DNA of 64,000 bases from Octopus sinensis (taxonomy: Eukaryota): assembly GCF_006345805.1 (NCBI RefSeq), contig NC_043010.1, forward strand, positions 30,628,001-30,692,000, given 5' to 3'. The notes beneath the pieces were generated by a model. It was not told the DNA's origin, made no database searches, and saw only the letters and a program-made list of their open reading frames with translations. Position 1 is the stretch's first letter; every line of letters begins with the position of its first letter. The translations under genes and the position numbers were made by a program. This document shows, piece by piece, positions 52,897-64,000 of the stretch.

Positions 52897-55534
52897 TATA
52901 CATATCATCATCGTTTCCATACTGGCATTGGTTGGACGGTTTGATTGTGAACTGGTGACCCAGAGTCTGCACCTGGCTCAATCTTATCTGGCAAAATTTC
53001 TACAGCTGGATGCCCTTCCTAACGCCAACCGCCCCGAAAGTGTGGTGGGTGTTTTTATATTCTACTGGCACGAGGTCTTGTCAGGTGGTACAGGCCGCGA
53101 CCACGCCCAAAAGGTATTTTTTTGCATGCTACTTGCACGGGAGCCAGTCCGCCAGCACTGGCAACGGCCACGCTCGAATGTTGTTTTTCACGTGCTACCA
53201 GCACAGGTGCCGGTGTTCAACGTTTTTTTTTATGTCCTGTACCCATATATGCATGTATATATACATATATACTTTTTTGTCCGGGGGGAGGCAATGCGAG
53301 CAACAACTAAAGGACCATTACAAAACCCACAGAAAGATCAAACACATACAAATATTCATATATTCATTTATATCTATAAAGCCCGACGTTTAAGAATTTA
53401 AAAATTTAGTAATATATAAATATATCAAATAAAAATATAAATTTTGCATATAACACCTTGAATTTACGCTTAAAACATTTAGCATAAATTTGTTACAATA
53501 AAAGAAATAGAAATAATAATTAAAAAAAATAAAGCATACAATGACATATTAAAAGACGAATTAAAATTCTAGAGAAATGTACATAGAAGATAATAATTAT
53601 ACAAGTTTACGAAAATACATGTTTACAAAAATACATAGAAGTCCAATTAATATGAGATATATCATATCTTTAAAATTGACACTCCCCTCGCCAGGATGTC
53701 CTACATGCATATATGGGTACAGGACATAAAAAAAAAACGTTGAACACAATGAGAAACGAAAACATAAAAACAAAAACATAGAAACGAATTTTTGGGGGAC
53801 AACGAAAAAAAAAAAAAACAGAGAAACGAGACATACAACATAAAGAATAATCCCCTTCTTCAGTTGTCCCTGTTTCATCTACTCCGCGTACCGAAGGCAA
53901 AGACAAGACGCGACTTCGTTGAAACAATCCTCCCAGCAAATCAAATTAAATAAAATTTGGGATTTTTTGCGGAGGGTGAAAGTGGTAACAAGAACAGGAC
54001 AGTAAGGACAAAATATTAAAACAAACGATGAGGGTTGTTAAGTCAAGACGATGGAAAAAATATTCGGAACGTTTAAGGAGAAGAGCTTATGAAGAGAAAG
54101 TATAAGCACGTTTAGTCTTTGAGAAGGTAGTAGTCAGAAAGATAGATTCCCTCTCGTCACGTGTCAGCGACGAGAGAGTCGAGGAGGAGGAGTGAGAAAG
54201 AGAGAACGGTGAAGGGGAGAGGAGAAGAATAATGAAGGGTGGGAGAGAAAACCAGAAAGGATGAAGAACAAGAGGGGGGAGAGATATAGTAAAGATAGAA
54301 GAGTGCGCATCCTAATTATTAAGATAAAACTTAACTGGAAAAGGATGCGTGGTGTTCGATCATATCTCTTATTATAAAAGGCAGATTTTATCTGCCTCCC
54401 TTTGGGAGTTATACAAATCTACAATATAGGATTTCTTCAATTACAATTTACCTAGCATTTTTAAGAGTACAATGCATCGCGTCATGCCAGGTCCAGTTTT
54501 TAAAATTTAAACTCCAATTAAGCAAAATTTACAGAAAACTCACATTCTGGTGTGTGTGTCAAATGCTTTTCTTAGTCTGGTTTACACCACACGCAAACGC
54601 ACACACACAGTGGGCAACGAATAAAATGAAAGTAAATAGCGACAGAGTGATTTGAGGAAGACTAAACTGAAAGTATTTAAACCACTACTCAAAAAATAAA
54701 AAACACAGCAAACAGAAACAAATAAATACATAACCATTTACTCCTCACACAATTTCTTCAATTAGAATTTACCTAAGATTTTTCAGAGTATTTCAGTGGG
54801 TGATGCCATAAAAAATTTCTTTCAATTTTACCACCAATTAAGACAAAATTCGAGAAAACTCAATATTTTAACATATCACTCCGAAAGCATTGATGTACAT
54901 GTGTGCGTGCGTGAGTGTGTGTGTGTCATTCCTCACACACACGCATACACATACATATACAACTACATACAACTACATACACATACAACTACATACAAAC
55001 ACGTGTGTGTTTGTTATTAGTAAAAAAGGCGCCAAAACTCAACTCACTTATCATTCCAACACATTTGCAAAGACACACGGACGGACAGAAAAGGTAAATT
55101 GGTTTTTATTTTACTCTGTATATATTTTATTATATAATATTATATATAGATATATGTATATATAATTGCAGTATGAAACAGTGTTTATGTATAAACAGAC
55201 GACACTTATATATAGTTACCAAGCCGCCCGAATTTACCTATTCATATTTAAATGAGAATATCAGAGCAAATCTCTTTAGTACATTCGTGAAAACACGTAT
55301 TATACTTCGTAAACACTTCAAATACAGTTTTGTACAAAAATCGAAGTGTAATTTTAATTCCGTGAATTATGGGAGATTTTTTTCCGAAATTTGTTCCTAT
55401 TGTGTTTTCAAAATTTGTAATTCTGACAAAAAATGGATACGAATTTCATTATATCAAGCAGCGAGTCAGAATTCGAAGGATTTTCTACTGAAGACCTTCA
55501 TAAATGTAACTCTATGACTGAAAAAAAAAACCCA

Positions 55535-55929
55535 TCTTTATATAAGAGTGAAGTTGTGTGTCTGTCTCCTACGATTTAGATTCCTAACTACTCCCACATT
55601 TTGCGGTGCAGTTTCACCAAAAGCGGGTATCTTATAGTCGTGATTCATATCGAGCCCTTCTGGGTATTAGCGTGCGTCTACCATGAGTCTACGATTTTAA
55701 AAAAATTTACCATCATATTTTTCCATTTTAATGCATTTTTTTCGCTTTTATATAAGGGAAGTAACTCTCTAAAAATATCTACGATGTGTCAACGATTTTA
55801 AAAAAATTTACCTTAATTTTTTTTCCATTTTTAATGCATTTTTTTGCTATTTTTTGGCTATAACTCTCTAAAAATGCTTATATAGTTATTTCCCTTACAA
55901 ACCCGAGCAACGCCGGGCGATACTGCTAG
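55535..55929 (+). mobile_element. Non-autonomous Helitron-like element with the same termini as 49386-49773
   Basis: It starts A|TCTTTATATAAG and ends ACAAACCCGAGCAACGCCGGGCGATACTGCTAG|T. A ~50-bp internal duplication lies at ~55690 and ~55792. Confidence 0.72.
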
Positions 55930-56309
55930 TAATAATATAAATATATGCATATATACTTTTTTTAATGCTGGTACACTGAAGTCGAACATTTTAGTAGAAT
56001 AAAAAGACTGACTCCGGACACTGTGTTTCATTACGATAGTTTATTAGGCTAAACACAACAGTAATAATTCCTCAGTTTTTCACTAGTGGACACTGTGAAC
56101 TTTAGTTGTTTGTTGTTATTGTGATGGTGGAAAACGTAAAGAATGGTAGGAAAGGAGAAACAGATAAGAGGGAAGGAAGGAAAGAGACAAAGATGAGGAA
56201 GTTGTGAAAAGTGTAAGTTGAGATGGGAGTAGTCGAAGACAGGGGAGGAAGGAACAAAAGAGAAACACCGAAAAATAGATACAGACGTATAATCATACAC
56301 GTGCGCAGA

Positions 56310-56730
56310 TTCATACACACATACATACATACATACATACATACATACATTCATGCACACATACATACATACATACATACATACATACATACACACACAC
56401 ATACATACATACATACATACATACATACATAATACATACATACATACATACATTCATGCACAGATACATACATGCACACATACATACATACATACATACA
56501 TAAGTATATACATACATACATATATACATGCATACATACATACACACATGCATGCACACATACATACATACATACATACATACATACATACATACATACA
56601 TACATACATACATACATACACACATACATACATGCACACATACATACATACATGCACACATACATACATACATACATACATACATACATACATACATACA
56701 TACATACATACATACATACATACATACATA
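56310..56730. repeat. (TACA)n tetranucleotide microsatellite; similar tracts at ~430, 13480, 15840, 58600 and 58840
   Basis: Read directly from the sequence; these tracts generate the MYVC/HTYI ORFs in the track. Confidence 0.95.
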
Positions 56731-56752
56731 AAAATCATCATTTCGGTACAGC

Positions 56753-57094
56753 CATAACAGACCTAATATTGTTCTGTGGGATAGAGAACAAAAGCCATGC
56801 ATTGTTACAACAATCAACTGCCAAGCGGTATGAATATACAATCAAAAACCCTAGGGAAAAGCGAGGGTTTATGGCGAATTAATGCGAAACTTACAGCTCT
56901 TTTACTCTGGCTATGAATTCTCATTTGTAATTATCATCGGGTACATTAGGTTATGTACCAACAAATTTGCACAAAACCTTAAAATACTCGGTTTCGCGAA
57001 GAAAGAACAAAAGAAACTGACGTAGATTCTCCAAATCCAATCTATTAGTGGCACAGTGAAGATTTGTAAGTCGTTCCAAAAATCCTTCATGTGA
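56753..57094 (+). mobile_element. 3' end of a non-LTR retrotransposon with restriction-like endonuclease (R4/Dong/NeSL-like RLE)
   Basis: Manual translation (absent from the ORF track): HNRPNIVLWDREQKPCIVTTINC...K...YGELMRNLQLFY...VIIIG/TLGYVP...LQIQSISGTVKICKSF. This matches the HNRPD(IV)...E...K...Y...IGALG...GT pattern of RLE domains. It contains stops and a frameshift. Confidence 0.7.
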
Positions 57095-58375
57095 GATCCT
57101 TTTGTGAACGCACTTGGGTGTATGCATAGGCAATTCAACCAACATACCAACTCAACCGCATATTTCCAAACACTGGAAACTCTCTTAATTCAAAATGTCT
57201 TGTCGTTTTGTTAGCGACCGGCTTGAACTCTTTCAAGAAGAACTTAAATTAAATTAAATAGCAATGTAAGAAAAATCATGCATTGCTATGCTTTCACTCT
57301 GTTCACTCCTGTCTGGAATACACATGACTATTATCAGACACAAGATCCCAACCAGATCTACACTCTGCATTACAGAACTTTGTTGTCCTTGCTGTTATAT
57401 ACATGGATTATGCCCTCAAAGTCACTTTATCTAACGTGCTACACATAATCATTACAGACCATTGAAAATGGTTGATCCAGTGTATTTATTGTCTGACTTG
57501 TTGACGTCATAGGTTGTTCTTAGGGTCTACAGTTGTGTCACAGCAATGCCGAAATGCATTGCCTGCTCGAGGAGATTATAAGTATAATTGACCCCGGTCA
57601 ACATCCTAGTATACAGTTTTTGATGTATTTGTTGACTAGGAACCCTGCAACATTTATAAGACTGTCCCTTTCCACTAGAGAACAGGCCCTTCTTCGATGT
57701 TTTCCCTCTGGTTTCACAAGCCCTGATGATGTAACGGTTACCTCTTTCCATCTAAAGTAAGATATTTGAATCTTCCTTAAAAAAGCAACATTTGTGTATG
57801 TGTGTGTGTGTGTGCGTGCGCGCGTGCAAGTGCTCATGCGTATCTTATTCACAACAAAAAAAATCAAAAGAACTAACCTAAGTTTAAATATTTCAAAGCC
57901 TCATTGTGGGTTAAATAAGAATGTAAGTACGTTCTTTCTGTGCTACTGATGTGCAGGAAAAGAGGAATGGATCTCCTGACAGACCGTTTTACAGTCTGTT
58001 TACCACTATTCAGAGAAGACGTACCTAGCTTCATTCTCCAAACAACTTGAGAAATTAACTACTATTTGAAGTTATTTGTGGTTAGCTTAGTAGTGGATTT
58101 GCTTATTTGTGATTTTTATGAGTCGCATTAATTTAGCAATATATATTTTGTGCAAAACACAGGATAGTTAAGAACTGAAATGAATTTGTGCGTGTGTGTT
58201 TATAAATTAATGCTTGGGAGAAAGGCAAAGCGGGTTTGTGCGGGCATGCATATCTTCATGTGTGTGCGTGAGTATGTGTCTATATGTGTGAGTGTGTATG
58301 TATGTGTGTTATAACTTGTATACTTGGTTTATATATACGCTATACAAGTAAGATCATTGACACATACACATAGTC

Positions 58376-58455
<80 letters not shown>

Positions 58456-59020
58456 GTACATATATATATATATATACACATACATATGTACATACATTTA
58501 TGCATATATACATAGGTGTGCATATACATACATGAATACATATGTGTGTACATACATAGATGTATACATAAATGCATATATGTGTGGGTGTATACATACA
58601 TACATACATACATACATACATACATACATACATACATAAAATACAATACAATGATGAAAGCCCAAGCTATGTCATAGAAGCCGAAATTTCAGTAATGTAC
58701 TTAACGACGGCAGGCGAAATTACGAGCCCTCTCAGGTCGTATAGAAAGCGGTGAAGAAGGGTCACAGGACTTGCACGAGGGCAGACTACTACTATGTACA
58801 TATAATATATATATATGTGTGTGTGTATGTATGTATGTATGAATGTATGTATGTATGTATGTATGTATGTATGTATGTATGTATGTATGTATGTATGTAT
58901 GTATGTATGTATGTATGTATGTATGTATGTATGTACACACACACTTAAATACAATATAATATATAAAGTACATCGTGCAATGAGTTATTAGATACGGTTA
59001 GAAAATTGACGGATGCAAGT

Positions 59021-62000
59021 CTAGCGTAGCGTCCTGTTAGAACACAAACTAGAAAGATTACTGTAGAAAGTTTTCATGTCTGCATAGAGTTGAGGAAGGT
59101 CTATTACAATGATGAAAATAGGAAGTGCAGATAGGAGTATCACACCAATAACTCCTATACCTTGAGCCGATCGTCGTTCGTCCGGTGCACTGGTTTTGGC
59201 TCGAATTGTTTTAGAGAGTTTCTTTTTATCTACGGCAAGCTCTTTTTTTAAGCTAGCTTTAAGAATTTCCAACTCCTTCTTGGTGGCTGGTTGCTGTGTC
59301 ACATCTTCACAAATACAAGGACACATGGGCACAGTGGGCGTCACTAAAGAGGCCTGCGTTACTGCAGTGGTTTTTATTATGTCACTGGTTCCTGTTGTGG
59401 AACCGGTTCCTATTCTGTCACTGGTTCCTATTGTGGAACCGGTTCCTATTCTGTCACTGGTTCCTATTGTGGAACTGGTTCCTATTCTGTCACTGGTTCC
59501 TATTGTGAAACTGGTTCCTATTCTGTCACTGGTTCCTATTGTGGAACTGGTTCCTATTCTGTCACTGGTTCCTATTGTGGAACTGGTTCCTATTCTGTCA
59601 CTGGTTCCTATTGTGGAACTGGTTCCTATTGTGGAACTGGTTTCTGTTGTGTCACTGGTTCCTATTGTGACACGGGTTCTTATTGTGGAACTGGCTCCTA
59701 TTGTATCATTGGTTTCTGTTGTGGAATCAGTTCCTATTGTGGGACTGGTTTCTGTTGTGTCACTGGTTCCTATTGAGGAATTGGTTTCTGTTGCGTCAGT
59801 GGTTCTTATTGTGGAACTGGCTCCTATTGTATCACTGGTTTCTGTTGTGGAAGCAGTTCCTATTGTGGAACTGGTTTCTGATGTGTCACTGGTTCCTATT
59901 GAGGAACTGGTTTCTGTTGTGTCAGTGGTTCTTATTGTGGAACTGGTTCCTATTGTATCACTGGTTTCTGTTGTGTCACTGGTTCCTATTGAGGAACTGG
60001 TTTCTGTTGTGTCAGTGGTTCTTATTGTGGAACTGGCTCCTATTGTATCACTGGTTTCTGTTGTGTCACTGGTTCCTATTGAGAAACTGGTTTCTGTTGT
60101 GTCACTGGTTCCTATTGAGGAACTGGTTTCTGTTGTGTCAGTGGTTCTTATTGTGGAACTGGCTCCTATTGTATCACTGGTTTCTGTTGTGTCACTGGTT
60201 CCTATTGTGGAACTGGTTTCTATTGTGGAACTGGGTTCTATTGTGGAACTGGGTTCTATTGTGGAACTGGGTTCTGTTGTGGAATTGGTCCCTATTGTGG
60301 AGCTGGTTTCTATTGTGGAAATGGGTTCTGTTGTGGAACTGGTTTCTGTTATGGAACTGGTTCTTGCTATAGAACTGGTGTCTGTTCTGTCACTGGTTCC
60401 TATTGTGGAACTGGCTTCTGTTTTGTCACTGGTTCCTATTGTGGAACTGGTTTCTGTTGTGTCACTGGTTCCTATTGAGGAACTGGTTTCTGTTGTGTCA
60501 GTGGTTCTTATTGTGGAACTGGCTCCTATTGTATCACTGGTTTCTGTTGTGTCACTGGTTCCTATTGAGAAACTGGTTTCTGTTGTGTCACTGGTTCCTA
60601 TTGAGGAACTGGTTTCTGTTGTGTCAGTGGTTCTTATTGTGGAACTGGCTCCTATTGTATCACTGGTTTCTGTTGTGTCACTGGTTCCTATTGAGAAACT
60701 GGTTTCTGTTGTGTCACTGGGTTCTGTTGTGGAGCTGGTTTCTATTGTGGAACTGGGTTCTGTTGTGGAATTGGTCCCTATTGTGGAGCTGGTTTCTATT
60801 GTGGAAATGGGTTCTGTTGTGGAACTGGTTTCTGTTATGGAACTGGTTCTTGCTATAGAACTGGTGTCTGTTCTGTCACTGGTTCCTATTGTGGAACTGG
60901 CTTCTGTTTTGTCACTGGTTCCTATTGTGTTACTGGTTTCTGTTGTGTCAGTAGTTCTTATTGTGGAACTGGCTCCTATTGTATCACTGGTTTCTGTTGT
61001 GTCACTGGTTCCTATTGAGGAACTGGTTTCTGTTGTGTCACTGGTTCCTATTGAGGAACTGGTTTTTGTTGTGTCAGTGGTTCTTATTGTGGAACTGGCT
61101 CCTATTGTATTACTGGTTTCTGTTGTGTCACTGGTTCCTATTGAGGAACTGGTTTCTGTTGTGGAACTGGTTTCTGTTGTGGAGCTGGTTTCTATTGTGG
61201 AACTGGGTTCTGTTGTGGAATTGGTCCCTATTGTGGAGCTGGTTTCTATTGTGGAACTGGGTTCTATTGTGGAACTGGTTTCTGTTATGGAACTGGTTCT
61301 TGCTATAGAACTGGCGTCTGTTCTGTCACTGGTTCCTATTGTGGAACTGGTTTCTATTGTGTCAGTAGTTCTTTTTGTGGAACTGGCTTCTGTTCTGTCA
61401 CTGGTTCCTATTGTGTTACTGGTTCCTATTATGGAACTGGTTTTTGTTGTGTTATTGGTACCTATTATGGAACTGGTTCCTCTTCCGAATCTGGTTTCTG
61501 TTGTGGAACTGGTTTCTGTTGAGCCCTTGGTTCTTATTGTGGAACTGGTTCCTATTGTGGAACTAGTTCCAATGGTGGAACTAGATCCACTTGTGGAACT
61601 GGCTTCTGTTGTGTCACTGGTTCCTATTGTGTCACCGGTTCTTATTGTGGAACTGGTTTCTTTTGTGCCTGTGGTTCTTATTGTAGAACTGGCTCCTATT
61701 GTATCACTAGTTTCTGTTGTGGAAGTGATTCCTATTGTGGAACTGGTTTCTGTCATGGAACTGGTTCTTGCTATAGAACTGGCGTCTGTTCTGTCACTGG
61801 TTCCTATTGTGGAACTGGCTTCTGTTTTGTCACTGGTTCCTATTGTGTCACTGGTTCCTATTATGGAACTGGTTTTTTTTGTATTACTGGTGCCTATTGT
61901 GGAACTGGTTCCTCTTCCGAATCTGGTTTCTGTTGTGGAGCTGGTTTCTATTGAGCCCTTGGTTCCTATCGTGGAACTGGTTTCTTTTGTGCCTGTGGTT

Positions 62001-62472
62001 CTTATTGTAGAACTTGCTCCTATTGTATCACTAGTTTCTGTTGTGGAAGTGATTCCTATTGTGGAACTAGTTCCAATTGTGGAACTAGATCCACTTGTGG
62101 AACTAGATCCACTTGTGGAACTAGATCCACTTGTGGAACTAGATCCACTTGTGGAACTAGCTTCTGTTCTGTCACTGGTTCCTATTGTGTCACTGGTTCC
62201 TATTATGGAACTGGTTTTTGTTGTGTTACTGGTACCTATTGTGGAACTAGTTCCAATTGTGGAACTAGATCCACTTGCGGAACTGGTTTCTGTTATGTCG
62301 CTGGTTGATACTGTGTCAATGGTTTGTAGTCTAGTGTTTGTTTTGGTTACACCCCTGGGGTTTATTATTTCTCTGTTTCCAGTTAAATCCTCAGAATGAG
62401 TCACACCATCATCAGTAACAACGGATGGTACTCTACTTGTGAGAGAGGTTGATTTAGGAATGTGAAATGGCC
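59021..62472 (-). CDS. Terminal exon of a type I membrane protein: Ser/Thr hexapeptide-repeat stalk, CPCxC/basic juxtamembrane region, TM helix, short tail
   Basis: The acceptor TTTGTAG ends at 62473 (phase 1) and joins the upstream exon as ...KPIA-W-PFHIPKS. About 1150 codons are open. The C-terminus is CPCICEDV...KKELAVDKKKLSKTIRAKTSAPDERRSAQGIGVIGVILLSALPIFIIVIDL (TM), followed by a ~24-aa tail and a stop at 59021-59023. Confidence 0.88.
59385..62290 (-). repeat. Coding minisatellite, 18-bp unit (TSSTIG/TSDTTE type) with higher-order blocks
   Basis: Plus-strand unit variants of gtggaactggttcctatt. The marker GGAATTGGTC recurs at 60281, 60767 and 61217 (spacings 486 and 450), and TCTTCCGAAT at 61481 and 61913 (spacing 432). 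All three spacings are multiples of 18. Confidence 0.92.
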
Positions 62473-62584
62473 CTACAAATGAAGAAAACACACAGTTTTA
62501 GTCATACAAACAGCTTAAAATTGAACACAGAACACGAAAATATATAACTAGTTTACTAAACCTGAACACACACACACACACATA

Positions 62585-62587
62585 TAT

Positions 62588-62618
<31 letters not shown>

Positions 62619-62663
62619 TAGATAGATAGACAGACAGACAGGCAGACAGACAGGCAGGCAGGC

Positions 62664-62699
<36 letters not shown>

Positions 62700-62707
62700 T
62701 GACTGAC

Positions 62708-62786
<79 letters not shown>

Positions 62787-62812
62787 CAGATAATGTCGAT
62801 AGATAGATAATG

Positions 62813-62863
<51 letters not shown>

Positions 62864-62920
62864 GTAGGTAGTAGGTAGGTAGGTAGGTAGGTAGGTAGGT
62901 AGGTAGGTAGGTAGGTAGGT
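62585..62920. repeat. Compound tetranucleotide microsatellite (GATA/GACA/GGCA/GACT/GGTA)
   Basis: Read directly from the sequence; it lies in the intron of the mucin-like gene. Confidence 0.95.
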
Positions 62921-63507
62921 TTAAGAGGCAGAATCACCCTCAAGCAACTCAATCATCATTGAACGTCATTATTCACGATAGGTACATATAGGACTAAATA
63001 TTAAAAATATCAAAATTAATGGCTTCAATTCTTATTCTAAATCATATACCTTACATTATATAGACTACGCACGTTTCATGACAACATATTCCTCGATATT
63101 GCTGAAGTAGAAGTTCTCAAATACAATACCATAGTAAAATGATTATATTGCCAATCTTCAGGTCTAGATTATATGAACCTATTTTGCTATTTACATCCTA
63201 TATAAAGATATGACAAACTAAAATTATATAACTAGAAGTTGTCAGAATAATTTTACTTTAGTAAATAATGAACAGAAATGTGGAATAAAAATAGGAAAAA
63301 GAAATGTTAGTAAAAGAAATATTAACTTATCTGTATGGTAATTTACTACCCACGAATTAAACAAGGCTACCACATGAATTAAAATTCATCTGTCCCTAGT
63401 GAACAGTCATTAAGACTCTTAACATTATCATAAGCATTACTCTAACTTTTCTTATGAAGTCATTAAAAACATCAAGTATATATATTCACATAAAATTAAC
63501 CACTTAC

Positions 63508-63741
63508 ATGCTATGGGTTTTGTTAGGTCAATATAGTTTCCATCGGTGAGGAGGACTTTGGAGTTCCAGCAGTAAGTCATGATAAGTAATTGACACTGTC
63601 CATTCTTATATGAATAACCACAGCAGTTGGAAGTCGCAGAGCAAACCTCTTCACAATACCACACTAAAGAACGGAAGGTAACGTTCGGATATTTTACACT
63701 GGTATTGATTATTTGGTAAACATTGCTTTTCTTCTGAGTTT
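63508..63741 (-). CDS. PAN/Apple-like cysteine-rich extracellular domain exon of the mucin-like membrane protein
   Basis: On the minus strand the acceptor TTGCAG ends at 63742 and the donor GTAAGT begins at 63507, giving a symmetric phase-1/1 exon of 234 nt. It reads TQKKSNVYQIINTSVKYPNVTFRSLVWYCEEVCSATSNCCGYSYKNGQCQLLIMTYCWNSKVLLTDGNYIDLTKPIA. The C-x3-C-x5-C...Y-x-Y...C-x-L spacing is PAN/Apple-like. The signal-peptide exon must lie beyond the window. Confidence 0.7.
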
Positions 63742-64000
63742 CTGCAATAAAGATTTGTAGACAGAGTAAGGATCATCAGACAGAAAGGAAAGGAAGGAAT
63801 GAAAAAAGGAATGGAAGAAAGAAAGAAAGAACAAGAAATAAAATATAAGAAAGAGAAGACAACAGGGAAAGAAAATGAAAAAGAGAGGAAGAGAAAGAAG
63901 AAATGAAGAAAAGAAGAAAGGAGAAAAGAAAGAGATAGAAAGAAAGTAAAAGAACTATATTACACAACTTAAATTCCCAAAGACAAGCCTTCTTGATGAA

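Noticed and set aside
57720-57745. CTGATGA followed by a GTAAC/GTTAC hairpin
   Set aside because: There is no GAAA after the stem, so no hammerhead core.
58650-58695. TGATGA...CTATG/CATAG hairpin...GCCGAAA
   Set aside because: It lacks the initial C of CUGA and has no coherent stem II base or stem III; too degenerate to call.
59196-62399. 1067-aa antisense ORF (VELVPIV...) and the WNWFLL ORFs overlapping it
   Set aside because: These are shifted-frame readings of the 18-bp repeat, whose unit has no stop in those frames. Only the minus frame has splice sites, a TM anchor and a non-repetitive C-terminus.

Overview
AT-rich, microsatellite-dense animal DNA. The SINE/LINE repertoire and gene content point to an octopod cephalopod; this is an inference from recalled repeat families, not a database match. 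Three protein-coding genes were reconstructed by hand from splice sites and intron phases. (1) The last two coding exons of a two-pore-domain K+ (K2P) channel on + (740-1210 and 10548-11143). (2) A complete three-exon TMEM127 on + (29957-31292, 39448-39609, 43696-44021; 607 aa), with a ~320-aa low-complexity N-terminal extension carrying three extra PY/LPxY motifs. (3) The 3' part of a type I membrane protein on - (63508-63741 and 59021-62472): a PAN/Apple-like Cys domain, a ~1000-aa hexapeptide-repeat Ser/Thr stalk, a CPCxC/basic juxtamembrane module and a TM helix. Introns and intergenic DNA hold decayed mariner, Merlin, RTE, CR1 and RLE-type LINE remnants, Helitron-like elements and at least two tRNA-SINE families. 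The most notable non-gene structures are a 125-bp near-perfect hairpin in TMEM127 intron 1, a SINE concatemer with a 184-bp period whose junction recurs at another locus, and a hammerhead-ribozyme-like motif in the K2P intron. Most ORFs in the supplied track are microsatellite artefacts. I see no clear multi-gene novel system.
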